64,000 nt of DNA, from NCBI GenBank assembly GCA_046314355.1, contig JBKBWQ010000001.1, forward strand, positions 704,001 to 768,000. Reading direction: 5' to 3'. The translations under genes were made by a program, and so were the position numbers. Below, one piece after another: positions 21,036-30,476 of the stretch; position 1 is the first letter of the stretch, and the number at the start of each line of letters is the position of its first letter. Source of the stretch: Candidatus Altimarinota bacterium (GTDB lineage: Bacteria > Patescibacteriota > Gracilibacteria > 1-14-2-50-48-13). The notes below the pieces were generated by a model, which worked only from the letters and a program-made list of their open reading frames with translations, did no database searches and was not told the origin of the DNA.

Positions 21036-22640
21036 ATGTCAATTTCGAAAAGAACAGCTACACGTATTCTTGAATCAGTACCAGGTATATTATCCTGGAG
21101 TGTACTGCTTTTTCCTCTCATTTTTTCTTTTATAGTTCCTGAGATTGTAGCTGCTTTTTACATTCTCTTTTCTCTTTTTTGGCTCCTGCGGGCACTGTCT
21201 TTCTCTTTTTATCTGATTTGGAACTATTATATTTTCCGAAGACAAGAATCCGTTGATTGGACATATATCTACTCTTCGCTTGCTGATTCCCGAACTATAG
21301 CTTTTGATAAACATATTCCAGGAACACTCCGGCAGCTTATACGTATGAGAGAAAATACTCATATCCATCCAGTAGGTATCAGAGATATCAAAAATATCAT
21401 CATTATCCCTACCTATAAGGAACCTTATGAAATATTAGCTGATACTATTCAGTCTATCCGGAAATCTAATTTCAATCTCAAACAAGTTACCCTTGTCATA
21501 GCCACAGAAGAAAGAGATCATGAGAATGCAACCGCAACAGCAGCAAAGCTTGAAAAGAAATTCTCACATTTCTTTGAACATTTTCTTCATGTGGAGCATC
21601 CCAAGAATATTCCAGGGGAAGTACCAGGAAAAGGCGGAAATATAAGCTTTGCCTGTAAAAAAACTGTAGCCTACCTGCAGGGAAAAGGCGAGCTTACGCC
21701 GGAGACCACCGGGAACTATATTGTTACTACAATCGATGCAGATAACAGACTGCATACTGAATACTTAAGAATACTCACAATTTATTTTTTCCTGACCCCT
21801 GACAGGCAACACTTTAGTTATCAACCACTTCCTTTTCTCTGCAACAACTTATGGGACGTACCTATTTTCAATAGATTAGTGGCAATTTCAAGTACCTTTT
21901 GGCACCTGATTGAATCAGGAAGGAGAGATAAACTCAGGAATTTCTCATCTCACGCACAGCCTCTGGAAGCGTTGATTGATATGAATTATTGGTCTACTAA
22001 TACTATTGTAGAGGATGGTCACCAGTTCTGGAGATCATATATTCATTTCAGAGGTAAATATGCAGTCATCCCTATCTTTATTCCTATATTTCAGGATGCT
22101 GTTGGTCATGAAAAATACATATCTTCCCTGCTTGCCCAGTATAAGCAACTTCGAAGATGGGCATATGGAGCTGAGGACTTTGCATATGTTATAAAACGCA
22201 CTTGGCAGTTGAGACGGGAGCTTCCTATATGGAAAACATTTTTCCATATTCTTCAGCTCCTTGAAGGACATATCATGTGGGCAACCGCACCACTCATTCT
22301 GACATTTTCATCGTATACACCAAAGATCCTAAGCCCACACTTCATTGAAACTACGATCTACTATAATCTTTCAATTATTATGGGGTATCTCTTTTCTCTG
22401 TCCTTTGTTGGTATAGTGGTCTCTATCTGGATATCACTTGTTACCCTTCCTCCCTTTCCAAAAAACATTTCTATAAAAAGAACTTGGTATTTACGAATAA
22501 GCCTCGTACTTCAATGGTTTCTCCTGCCGTTTACCACCACAGTATTCGCAGCCCTGCCAGCTCTTGAAACGCAGACGCGCCTTATCTTCGGCAATAAACT
22601 CGGCTTTAATGTAACAGAGAAGGTAAGGAAGAATCCTTAG
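21036..22640 (+). CDS. Membrane glycosyltransferase family 2
   Basis: IIPTYKE, DAD, VEDG and QLRRW (QxxRW) motifs, with flanking TM helices. Confidence 0.88.
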   Translation: MSISKRTATRILESVPGILSWSVLLFPLIFSFIVPEIVAAFYILFSLFWLLRALSFSFYLIWNYYIFRRQESVDWTYIYSSLADSRTIAFDKHIPGTLRQLIRMRENTHIHPVGIRDIKNIIIIPTYKEPYEILADTIQSIRKSNFNLKQVTLVIATEERDHENATATAAKLEKKFSHFFEHFLHVEHPKNIPGEVPGKGGNISFACKKTVAYLQGKGELTPETTGNYIVTTIDADNRLHTEYLRILTIYFFLTPDRQHFSYQPLPFLCNNLWDVPIFNRLVAISSTFWHLIESGRRDKLRNFSSHAQPLEALIDMNYWSTNTIVEDGHQFWRSYIHFRGKYAVIPIFIPIFQDAVGHEKYISSLLAQYKQLRRWAYGAEDFAYVIKRTWQLRRELPIWKTFFHILQLLEGHIMWATAPLILTFSSYTPKILSPHFIETTIYYNLSIIMGYLFSLSFVGIVVSIWISLVTLPPFPKNISIKRTWYLRISLVLQWFLLPFTTTVFAALPALETQTRLIFGNKLGFNVTEKVRKNP

Positions 22641-22744
22641 CAGATGAGCTTAAGTTTCTAAATTATCTTGAGAAAATAAGAGTTCTACACTAGAATCTAG
22701 TAACTAGATTCTAAAAACTTGATTCTAGTAGGCACAGCCATCCT

Positions 22745-22830
22745 GCCCGGGTGGTGAAATCGGTAGACACGCGGGACTTAAAATCCCGTTCCCTATGGGA
22801 GTGCGGGTTCGATTCCCGCCCCGGGCACCA
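22745..22830 (+). tRNA. tRNA-Leu(TAA)
   Basis: GCCCGGGTGGTGAAATCGGTAGACAC...GGGACT-TAA-AATCCC, long variable arm, GGTTCGATTCC, ends ACCA. Confidence 0.97.
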
Positions 22831-23028
22831 TTCTTCGCTTCTCACGAAGCTACGAATGGCACAGCCAGAATGGAATTAATCTTCGCAGGCGAAGATTTTT
22901 ATATATAGAGCGAAGAATGTCCCTCGTAGCCTACACCTGAACTGTAAGTTGCTTGTTCATAATGGCGAAGAGGGATGCCCAAGCATAAAGCATTGATGTA
23001 TTTTGGTACGCCTCTGAGTTTGTAGTAA

Positions 23029-23106
23029 CTCTTTTTTATACTAAGACGTAAAAAAATTTATCCCTAAGTACTAACTACTCCCACCCACACTCGCGCCGAG
23101 CCCTAC
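23029..23106 (+). repeat. tRNA-downstream conserved motif, copy 2, followed by a CTCACTA-type low-complexity tract to ~23170
   Basis: AGACGTAAAAAAATTTATCCCT at 23044-23065 is identical to the reverse complement of 17650-17671. Confidence 0.8.
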
Positions 23107-23247
23107 CTCTCACTACTCACTGCTCACTACTCCCACTATCACTCACACTCCCGAGCCCTCGAGCCTCTACACTTAATTCCTCTACCTCTTCCCTTTTCTC
23201 TACTTTCCACTTATACTAGATACATATTTGTAAATATCAGCAGTTTC

Positions 23248-24546
23248 ATGGCATCTTTTTGCGACGAAGTATCACTTACAGTTAGTTCAGGTAAAGGAGG
23301 AGACGGTTCCATTTCTTTTCGTAGAGAAAAATTTATACCAAAAGGAGGACCAGATGGCGGCGATGGAGGACGAGGAGGAGACATCATATTTAGAGCAAAT
23401 CCTAATCTCAATACTCTTTCACATATACGCGGACGAAAATTCTACACAGCTGAGAATGGTGAAAGAGGTCATGGGAAGAAAATGCATGGTAAAGATGGAG
23501 AACATTATATTATTGATGTGCCTGTAGGAACGCTTATTCAGACACAGGAAGATATGGAGCTTATTAAAGACCTCTCTACACCTTGGGAAGAGTACGTAGC
23601 CGCAAGAGGAGGACGTGGAGGATATGGTAATGCACATTTTGCGACAGCCACAAGACGTGCGCCGGACTTTGCAGAAATAGGAGATATCCCTGAGACACAT
23701 GAGTTTCATCTTGAGCTCAAGCTTATAGCAGACGTAGGTATCATTGGTATTCCTTCTGCAGGAAAATCCACCCTGATTTCAGTTATTTCAAATGCACGTC
23801 CTAAGATAGCTGATTATCCTTTTACGACTCTTATACCGAACCTCGGTGTATGCGACCATAAAGGATACTCATTTCTTGTATCAGATATCCCTGGACTGAT
23901 TGAAGGTGCCTCTGAAGGAAAAGGACTAGGTCATGAGTTCTTAAAACATATCGAGCGATGCGCACTTCTTCTTCATGTGCTTGATGGAAGTCACCTCGAT
24001 AAGATAGTAGAAGAATACAAGATTATACAGAATGAACTTCATACCTATTCAGAGAACTTAAGTGAAAAGAAGCAGTTTATCGTAGTAAACAAGATTGATG
24101 TACTTGATAAGGACCTTGAGAGTCTTCTCTTAGAAAAACTCCTTGCCGAGACAAAGCTGAAGAAAAAGGAAATCTTCTTCATCTCAGCAGCATCGCATCA
24201 GGGACTTGAGAGTCTTTTAAATGCACTTGTTCCATTGATCAAAGAACATAAATCCCAGCAGGAAGAGCTTGTAGCTCCAGAAGAGGTACTTACGATAAAA
24301 CCTTTAGAAGAGGATGATCAGAGATGGTGGCTTGATAAGGATGCTGAGGGTAAATTACATATCTATGGCAAACGTGTCGAGCAGATCGCCCGTATGAGTG
24401 ATCTCAGCAATATAGGAGCTCAAGAGCGTATGTATGACGTTTTAGAAAAGAAAAATATTATGAATGCATTAGGTAAGACCGGTCTCTTTGAAGGAGATCC
24501 ATTCTACATTGCAGGTAAAAGGATGGAGTACAGAGAGACATTATAA
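23248..24546 (+). CDS. obgE: GTPase ObgE/CgtA
   Basis: Gly-rich Obg domain (GGPDGGDGGRGG), GIPSAGKS, YPFTT, DIPG, NKID. Confidence 0.97.
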   Translation: MASFCDEVSLTVSSGKGGDGSISFRREKFIPKGGPDGGDGGRGGDIIFRANPNLNTLSHIRGRKFYTAENGERGHGKKMHGKDGEHYIIDVPVGTLIQTQEDMELIKDLSTPWEEYVAARGGRGGYGNAHFATATRRAPDFAEIGDIPETHEFHLELKLIADVGIIGIPSAGKSTLISVISNARPKIADYPFTTLIPNLGVCDHKGYSFLVSDIPGLIEGASEGKGLGHEFLKHIERCALLLHVLDGSHLDKIVEEYKIIQNELHTYSENLSEKKQFIVVNKIDVLDKDLESLLLEKLLAETKLKKKEIFFISAASHQGLESLLNALVPLIKEHKSQQEELVAPEEVLTIKPLEEDDQRWWLDKDAEGKLHIYGKRVEQIARMSDLSNIGAQERMYDVLEKKNIMNALGKTGLFEGDPFYIAGKRMEYRETL

Positions 24547-24555
24547 ATGTACATT

Positions 24556-25089
24556 ATGAAACTCATTGTAGGACTCGGCAATCCAGGGAAAGAGTATGAA
24601 ACTACACGCCATAATGCAGGATTTATGGCTGTAGATTTTCTGCAGAAAAAGTTTAGTCTTGCTGACTGGAAGATAGAAAAATCCATGAAAGCAGAACTTA
24701 CAAAAGGAAGTATCAACGGTACCACTGTGATACTAGCAAAACCAACTACATATATGAATCTCTCAGGTGAGAGCGTAGTGGCTATTAAGAATTTTTATAA
24801 GATAGAAGAAAAAGATATTCTCATTGTCTTTGATGATGTGGATCTCCCCATCGAAACTTTGCGCTTTCGAGAAAAAGGATCAGCAGGTACTCATAATGGG
24901 ATGAGAAGTATAGTCCAGCTGCTGGGATCAGAGGATTTTCCAAGATTGAAAATAGGCATTCAGCCTTCTCATAAGATAAAGGATCTTAGCTCTTATGTAC
25001 TTGGTAGAATGACTGAAGATGAATTAGCAGCTCTAGGAATACTTGAAAGCTCTATTGAGAGCCAGGTAGAAAAGTTTTTGGAAAACTAA
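24556..25089 (+). CDS. pth: Peptidyl-tRNA hydrolase
   Basis: KLIVGLGNPG, TRHNAG, KPTTYMNLSG, GTHNG. Confidence 0.96.
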   Translation: MKLIVGLGNPGKEYETTRHNAGFMAVDFLQKKFSLADWKIEKSMKAELTKGSINGTTVILAKPTTYMNLSGESVVAIKNFYKIEEKDILIVFDDVDLPIETLRFREKGSAGTHNGMRSIVQLLGSEDFPRLKIGIQPSHKIKDLSSYVLGRMTEDELAALGILESSIESQVEKFLEN

Positions 25090-25145
25090 TAAAGAAAACC
25101 TCCAAATATTATTAGAGGTACGATCATTTCAGATCCATGATCCTA

Positions 25146-26555
25146 TTATTCAAACACTATCTTCACTGTTGCTACAGGAACATCAAGAGATATCTCTGAT
25201 TCAGCAGCAGCATCTTTCTTTGCCTTACCTATGGCAGCCGCAAGAAACCTCTTAAATTGAGCCTCTGCAAGATCTGCGGGGTGATCGGTATCTCCACTTA
25301 TTAATGGTGATGCATCTACCACTAAGGCAGCATTTTTGTCATCCTTATAGTTTAGCTTTTTGATAGGAATATCTTTAAATTCTCCCATAAGCATTTTTCC
25401 TTTTAAGGCAAATCTTGCGGTCTCATTTCCGATGGTAAATGTATTATTCTCGAACACACATTCCTGCCCCTCAAGCTTAAAGGAGAGTTTTCCACCTGTA
25501 GTAAAATCTACACTCTGTGCACTCTTAAGTGCCTCTAAAGCACTTTTCATAGCATTCTCTACTATCTTATCCTTATTTGTTGGATTCCATTCTAGAGGTG
25601 AGATCGTACTTTCAGACGTTTTAGCTGGATTTTCATTGCTAGTATCAGCTGTCTTTGGGTCAGTGACCGTATTAGTTTGAGGATTAACTTCCATTTTCTC
25701 AACAGCAGGTATTAAATTAATATCTGGTGACTTCTGTATATCAGCACTAGTAAGCATCGTCCACTGTGTGGTTGGCAGTATACGTTCTCCTTTTGGTCCT
25801 TTATCTTTATTCATACGTGTTCTCCACACGTTTTCAGCTGCAGCCATCTTTTCATCAGTAAAGCCTGGACGTTCTTTCTCAGGAATGCTGTGAATAATTT
25901 TCAGGAAATTTAATCTAAGCCCAACATTTTGTGAATCCTTTTTCAAGGCATTATACGTGCTATCAAGTTGAGATTTCTTTGTCTGGTCCTGTACCTTTAT
26001 GTGTTTATATAATGTGCTAAGTACAGTATTTTCATAAGGTGCTTTCTCTAATTCTGTGGATGATATTTCTTTTAAAGATGCACTTAATGCCGTATCAGTT
26101 TTTGCAAGTTCAGTAATGAATGATTTTTTTCGGTCAAAATCACTCTTTGGCTTTTCCTTGGGTTTTGCTGGTTCAGAACTTGATTGAGCTGTAGTTACAG
26201 GTTTAAGAGAGGCGCGGTCAATTCTCTCAAACTCTTTCGTAAGATTATCTATCAGTTCTACCGCTTTTTTCTTTTTCTCTGCATCTAATGATTGTTCCAG
26301 CAAAGTTATGTTTGTCTGATATTTTTGAAAGTTGAATTTTTTATTCACTTCATCCTCAATAGGTTTGACCATTTCAGGGTTCTTCACCGCTTCAGTAATC
26401 ATAGTATTGAGTTTTGTGACCTTCTCCGCACTCTTTGCTTTCAGCTGCTTCACCTGGGTTGTAATATCCTTATCAGGGTTATCTTGAAGCTTCGCTACTG
26501 CATCAGCAGCTTCGTGTACTTCTGTTTTATAATTATTTTTTGGTATGTCTGACAT
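25146..26555 (-). CDS. Hypothetical charged/coiled-coil protein
   Basis: 469-aa Lys/Glu-rich ORF; no recognised motif. Confidence 0.65.
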   Translation of the reverse strand: MSDIPKNNYKTEVHEAADAVAKLQDNPDKDITTQVKQLKAKSAEKVTKLNTMITEAVKNPEMVKPIEDEVNKKFNFQKYQTNITLLEQSLDAEKKKKAVELIDNLTKEFERIDRASLKPVTTAQSSSEPAKPKEKPKSDFDRKKSFITELAKTDTALSASLKEISSTELEKAPYENTVLSTLYKHIKVQDQTKKSQLDSTYNALKKDSQNVGLRLNFLKIIHSIPEKERPGFTDEKMAAAENVWRTRMNKDKGPKGERILPTTQWTMLTSADIQKSPDINLIPAVEKMEVNPQTNTVTDPKTADTSNENPAKTSESTISPLEWNPTNKDKIVENAMKSALEALKSAQSVDFTTGGKLSFKLEGQECVFENNTFTIGNETARFALKGKMLMGEFKDIPIKKLNYKDDKNAALVVDASPLISGDTDHPADLAEAQFKRFLAAAIGKAKKDAAAESEISLDVPVATVKIVFE

Positions 26556-26568
26556 ATTTTTATCTCTA

Positions 26569-26874
26569 TTAAAGTTGGTTTAGGAGAGCCGTTTCTTCTT
26601 TTTCATTCTCTTGTATCATACTGGACTCTATCAATCTTTTTGCCATTAGAAAATCATGGTCTACTTCTTCATTGATCTTCTGGAGCTCCTTTGTATACTT
26701 TTCCTCTAATATTTTCTCTTCCTCATGATAGCGGACAAGGGCATCCTGAAGGAATTTTTCTATTTCCTGCTTCCCTTCTTCAGTGAGAGTAGGCAGTTTC
26801 ATAATAAAATACTGTTTCTGAGTATCGCTTAGGAAATCACATGCAAGGATTTTATTTTGAATGAGAGCATCCAT
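26569..26874 (-). CDS. Small helical hypothetical protein (paralog of 26882-27154)
   Basis: Shares CxFLSDTxK...LPxL...ExExFL with its neighbour. Confidence 0.7.
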   Translation of the reverse strand: MDALIQNKILACDFLSDTQKQYFIMKLPTLTEEGKQEIEKFLQDALVRYHEEEKILEEKYTKELQKINEEVDHDFLMAKRLIESSMIQENEKEETALLNQL

Positions 26875-26881
26875 AAATACA

Positions 26882-27154
26882 TTAAGAGGAAATAGAAGAG
26901 ATACTTGATCTTGTATTTGAATGAAGTTCTTGCCGTATAGATTTCATCTTGAAAGACTGCTGATGACTTTCTCTTTTTTTCAATAAATTATGCTCATGAA
27001 GCTCGGACATGAGAAACTCCTCCATCTCATGCAACTGTACTTCTTCTAACGATGGAAGAAGGCGTGAATAGTTATTCTTTTCCGTATCAGAAAGAAATTC
27101 ACATGTATCAATCAGTTTTCTTATGCTCTCTATAAGAGAAATATTCATAATCAT
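26882..27154 (-). CDS. Small helical hypothetical protein (paralog of 26569-26874)
   Basis: CEFLSDTEKNNYSRLLPSL motif; tight operon spacing. Confidence 0.65.
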   Translation of the reverse strand: MIMNISLIESIRKLIDTCEFLSDTEKNNYSRLLPSLEEVQLHEMEEFLMSELHEHNLLKKRESHQQSFKMKSIRQELHSNTRSSISSISS

Positions 27155-27217
27155 ATTATTTTAAATACTATCATAACATTGTAACACACTTTAAGTAAAA
27201 ATGCCTTATTACTGGAA

Positions 27218-27250
27218 TATAAAAACAGCCCTGTCGGGGCTGTTTTTATA
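27218..27250. terminator. Intrinsic terminator after rny
   Basis: TATAAAAACAGCCCTG-T-CGGGGCTGTTTTTATA. Confidence 0.8.
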
Positions 27251-27260
27251 TTCTTTACTA

Positions 27261-28778
27261 TTATCTCGCGAACTCCATTACTCTCTGCTCTCGAATTACA
27301 TTGATACGTATCTCACCTGGATACTGAAGTTCTTCTTCTACTTTTCGTGCTATATCCTGTGCAAGCTTCATAGCATCAAGATCTGTAATCTCCTCAGGAT
27401 TTACAAATACTCGCACCTCACGTCCCGCTTGGATAGCATACACATTCTTTACACCTTCAAAGGAAGATGCAACGTTCTCAAGATCCTGAAGTCTTCTAAT
27501 ATAATTCTCTATACTATCTGAACGTGCTCCAGGACGAGCTCCTGAAATCGCATCCGCGGCAGTAGTAAGGATTGCCTCAATGCTCTTTGCTTCTACATCG
27601 TTATGGTGGGATTCCACACAATTGATAAGCCTCTCATCCATATCAAATTTTCTCAAGATACTCGCTCCTATTACCGCATGTGATCCTTCTATCTCATGAG
27701 TGACAGCTTTTCCAATATCATGGAAGAAGCCGGCCATTTTCGCAAGCTTTACATCAGCACCGATCTCCTGTGCAAGCTGTCCACAGATATACCCTACTTC
27801 CATTGAGTGTTTAAGAATATTCTGGCCATAACTTGTACGGAATCTCAAACGTCCTATGAGTTTAATAAGGTTCGGATGAAGTCCTGTGAATCCCATTTCC
27901 ATCACAGCCTTTTCTCCGAATTCTTTCACAAGGTCATTTGTATCATTCTTTACTTTTTCAACCACCTCTTCGATGCGAGCTGGATGAATACGTCCGTCCT
28001 CAATAAGCATCTCAAGAGAGCGCTTTGCAATATAACGTCTCATAAGATCAAATCCGGATATAAGGATAGATCCTGGCGTGTCATCCACAATCACATCAAT
28101 ACCAGTGAGCATTTCAAATGTATTAATGTTTCTTCCTTCACGTCCGATAATTCGTCCCTTCATGTCGTCATCAGGAAGATGAACTATAGTAGACATGGTC
28201 TCAGATGCCACTTCAGAAGCATACTTCTGAATAGCAAGACTGATGACATTTTTTGCCTTTTTATCAGCCTCATCCAGATATCTTTCTTCCATTTTACGTA
28301 CATGGACGATAATATCCTTTTCAAATTCCTTCTCATACTTGTTCATCAAAAGTTCTCTTGCCTGCTCCTTTGAAAGTCCAGAAACACGTTCTAGTTCATG
28401 TTTTCCTTTCTCTTCCAATTCATTGAGATCCTCTTCCCTTTTCTTAAGCTGTTCAGTTTTCTCTTCGAGCTTCGTACGGGATTCTTCAAGCTTTTCAAGT
28501 TTCGTATCAAGCTGCTCTTCTCTCTGAATAATACGTTCTTCAATCCGCGTTATCTGCTGCTTACGGTCATCCTCTTCCCGTCTAGCATTGTCCAGAATAG
28601 AACGAGCCTCATCTCTTGCATCTGAGAGCATACGCTCTCTTTTCTCTTCTGCTTCAGTGAGGATTTGTCTTTTGAGACTTTCAAGGTCAGCTTTTTTCTT
28701 TTTCTGTGTAAAAACTACAAGCACAGCACCAAGTATGCCTCCTGCGAGTACACCTATAATGGCAATCAGCACTTCCAT
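27261..28778 (-). CDS. rny: Ribonuclease Y
   Basis: N-terminal TM helix, coiled coil, KH domain (MKGRIIGREGRNI), HD domain (HDIGK), ADAISGARPGAR. Confidence 0.97.
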   Translation of the reverse strand: MEVLIAIIGVLAGGILGAVLVVFTQKKKKADLESLKRQILTEAEEKRERMLSDARDEARSILDNARREEDDRKQQITRIEERIIQREEQLDTKLEKLEESRTKLEEKTEQLKKREEDLNELEEKGKHELERVSGLSKEQARELLMNKYEKEFEKDIIVHVRKMEERYLDEADKKAKNVISLAIQKYASEVASETMSTIVHLPDDDMKGRIIGREGRNINTFEMLTGIDVIVDDTPGSILISGFDLMRRYIAKRSLEMLIEDGRIHPARIEEVVEKVKNDTNDLVKEFGEKAVMEMGFTGLHPNLIKLIGRLRFRTSYGQNILKHSMEVGYICGQLAQEIGADVKLAKMAGFFHDIGKAVTHEIEGSHAVIGASILRKFDMDERLINCVESHHNDVEAKSIEAILTTAADAISGARPGARSDSIENYIRRLQDLENVASSFEGVKNVYAIQAGREVRVFVNPEEITDLDAMKLAQDIARKVEEELQYPGEIRINVIREQRVMEFAR

Positions 28779-29003
28779 GATAAAAATTATTAGTGTCGCT
28801 GTAGAGGATCAGTATTTTAAAAAATCTTTTCATTAACTGAAAAAGCTATTTTAAAAAACACTCAAAATGAGAGTATGTGTATATGCAAAATTTGATTCTT
28901 CTCTTTTAAAGCTCATATTCAGTTACGAAGGGTAATCAATACAGTTCTTATATCTACTCTATTTTATTATCGTACAGAAACGTATATGTAAAATTTCTCA
29001 TGA

Positions 29004-29083
29004 ATTGTATATTAGTTATCACTGGGAGTCAAAGTAAGAAAAGTAACAAAAACTATTGACTTATGTGATATATATTTTATAAT
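29004..29083. promoter_or_regulatory. Divergent sigma70-like promoters for rny (-) and the DHH gene (+)
   Basis: Minus strand TTGACT(29032-29027)-17-TACAAT(29009-29004); plus strand TTGACT(29056)-16-TATAAT(29078). Confidence 0.6.
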
Positions 29084-29136
29084 TACACGATGTATCAAAT
29101 TTTAGCCAGTCCTATCTACTCCCTTATTATCGATCC

Positions 29137-30387
29137 ATGAATGGACAAATAATCCAGACAGTCATTGACAAAATACGTGCTAGCCACAATATATTGTTAG
29201 TAGCTCACCAGAAACTCGACCCAGATCTTTGTGGTTCCGTATTAGGTCTTTATCATATACTTTTAAAACTTGGTAAAAAGCCTACAGTTCTTTGCTATGA
29301 GAAAGTTCCTGCAATACTGAACTTTCTTCCGAATCTTCATATTTTTGATTCCCATCCAAAGCTTCTTAAGGATTTTATCATTACTTTATTCAATCCAGCA
29401 GCAGAAGTAGATGAAGTAAAATATAGTGTTGCTGAAGATGGACGGATTAACATTATCGTTACACCAAAAAAAGGAAGTTTCTCTGAGAAAGATATTTCTT
29501 TCAAGGGCTCCAATTCATCCTACGATCTTATCATTACTCTAGACTGCGGAGATAGAAAAAACCTTGGAAAGGTTTATGAGGATAATAAAAAAATGTTTGA
29601 AGAGACGACAGTGATCAATATTGATCATCATGCTTCAAACGATATGTTCGGTACAATTAATCTAGTGGACACAAATGCAAGCTCCACGGCAGAACTAATA
29701 TTCTATATTATCAAAGGAATAGATCTTGGTCTTATTGATGAAGATATTGCAACCTACCTTCTTCTTGGTATCATCGCAGATACAGGCAGTTTTCAGAATA
29801 CAAATACCTCATCAGAGGCCTTTAATGTTTCTGCTGAGCTAGTACGCTTAGGTGGAAGACAACAGGATATCATCAAGCATCTCTATAAAACTAAGAAGCT
29901 CACGACCTTAAAGCTTTGGGGAAAGATACTATCTAAGCTTCAAATCGATAAGGAGCACCGGATTTTGTGGTCAAACATCCCATATAGTGATTTTACATCT
30001 ACAGACACAATAGAAGGTGAAGATACAAAAGGAATCATTGATGAACTAATGACCAACGCACCAAATGTAGATATCATATGTCTCATTCGGGAAGTTTCTC
30101 CAGGTAAGATTATTACTAGTCTTCGCACAAAGACAAAGGATGTAGACAGCAATATAATTGCACATCAGTTTGGAGGAGGAGGTCACGTTATGGCATCAGG
30201 GTTTACCCTAGAGAACACTACTTTAGAGGAAGTAGAAAAAAATCTTATCGCTAGCATTAGACACTATCAGGCACAAAGATTAGGGCTTTCGACAACTCAG
30301 TCAGAACCAGCAGATACAAAGCCACAGTTCAACGAACCAGCACCAGAAGAAAAGATTGCTGCTAGAATCAAAGAGGAGCTCTTTTAG
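29137..30387 (+). CDS. DHH/DHHA1 phosphoesterase (NrnA-like nanoRNase)
   Basis: AHQKLDPD, LDCG, NIDHH, DTGSF, GGGGH motifs. Confidence 0.9.
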   Translation: MNGQIIQTVIDKIRASHNILLVAHQKLDPDLCGSVLGLYHILLKLGKKPTVLCYEKVPAILNFLPNLHIFDSHPKLLKDFIITLFNPAAEVDEVKYSVAEDGRINIIVTPKKGSFSEKDISFKGSNSSYDLIITLDCGDRKNLGKVYEDNKKMFEETTVINIDHHASNDMFGTINLVDTNASSTAELIFYIIKGIDLGLIDEDIATYLLLGIIADTGSFQNTNTSSEAFNVSAELVRLGGRQQDIIKHLYKTKKLTTLKLWGKILSKLQIDKEHRILWSNIPYSDFTSTDTIEGEDTKGIIDELMTNAPNVDIICLIREVSPGKIITSLRTKTKDVDSNIIAHQFGGGGHVMASGFTLENTTLEEVEKNLIASIRHYQAQRLGLSTTQSEPADTKPQFNEPAPEEKIAARIKEELF

Positions 30388-30423
30388 GTCAGACTTTTCT
30401 CCAATACAAAATTTGTATTGAAA

Positions 30424-30457
30424 CTAAAACACCTCATAAGACTATGAGGTGTTTTAG
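30424..30457. terminator. Bidirectional terminator
   Basis: CTAAAACACCTCATA-AGAC-TATGAGGTGTTTTAG between convergent genes. Confidence 0.8.
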
Positions 30458-30476
30458 ATATCTTTATAAGAAATGT

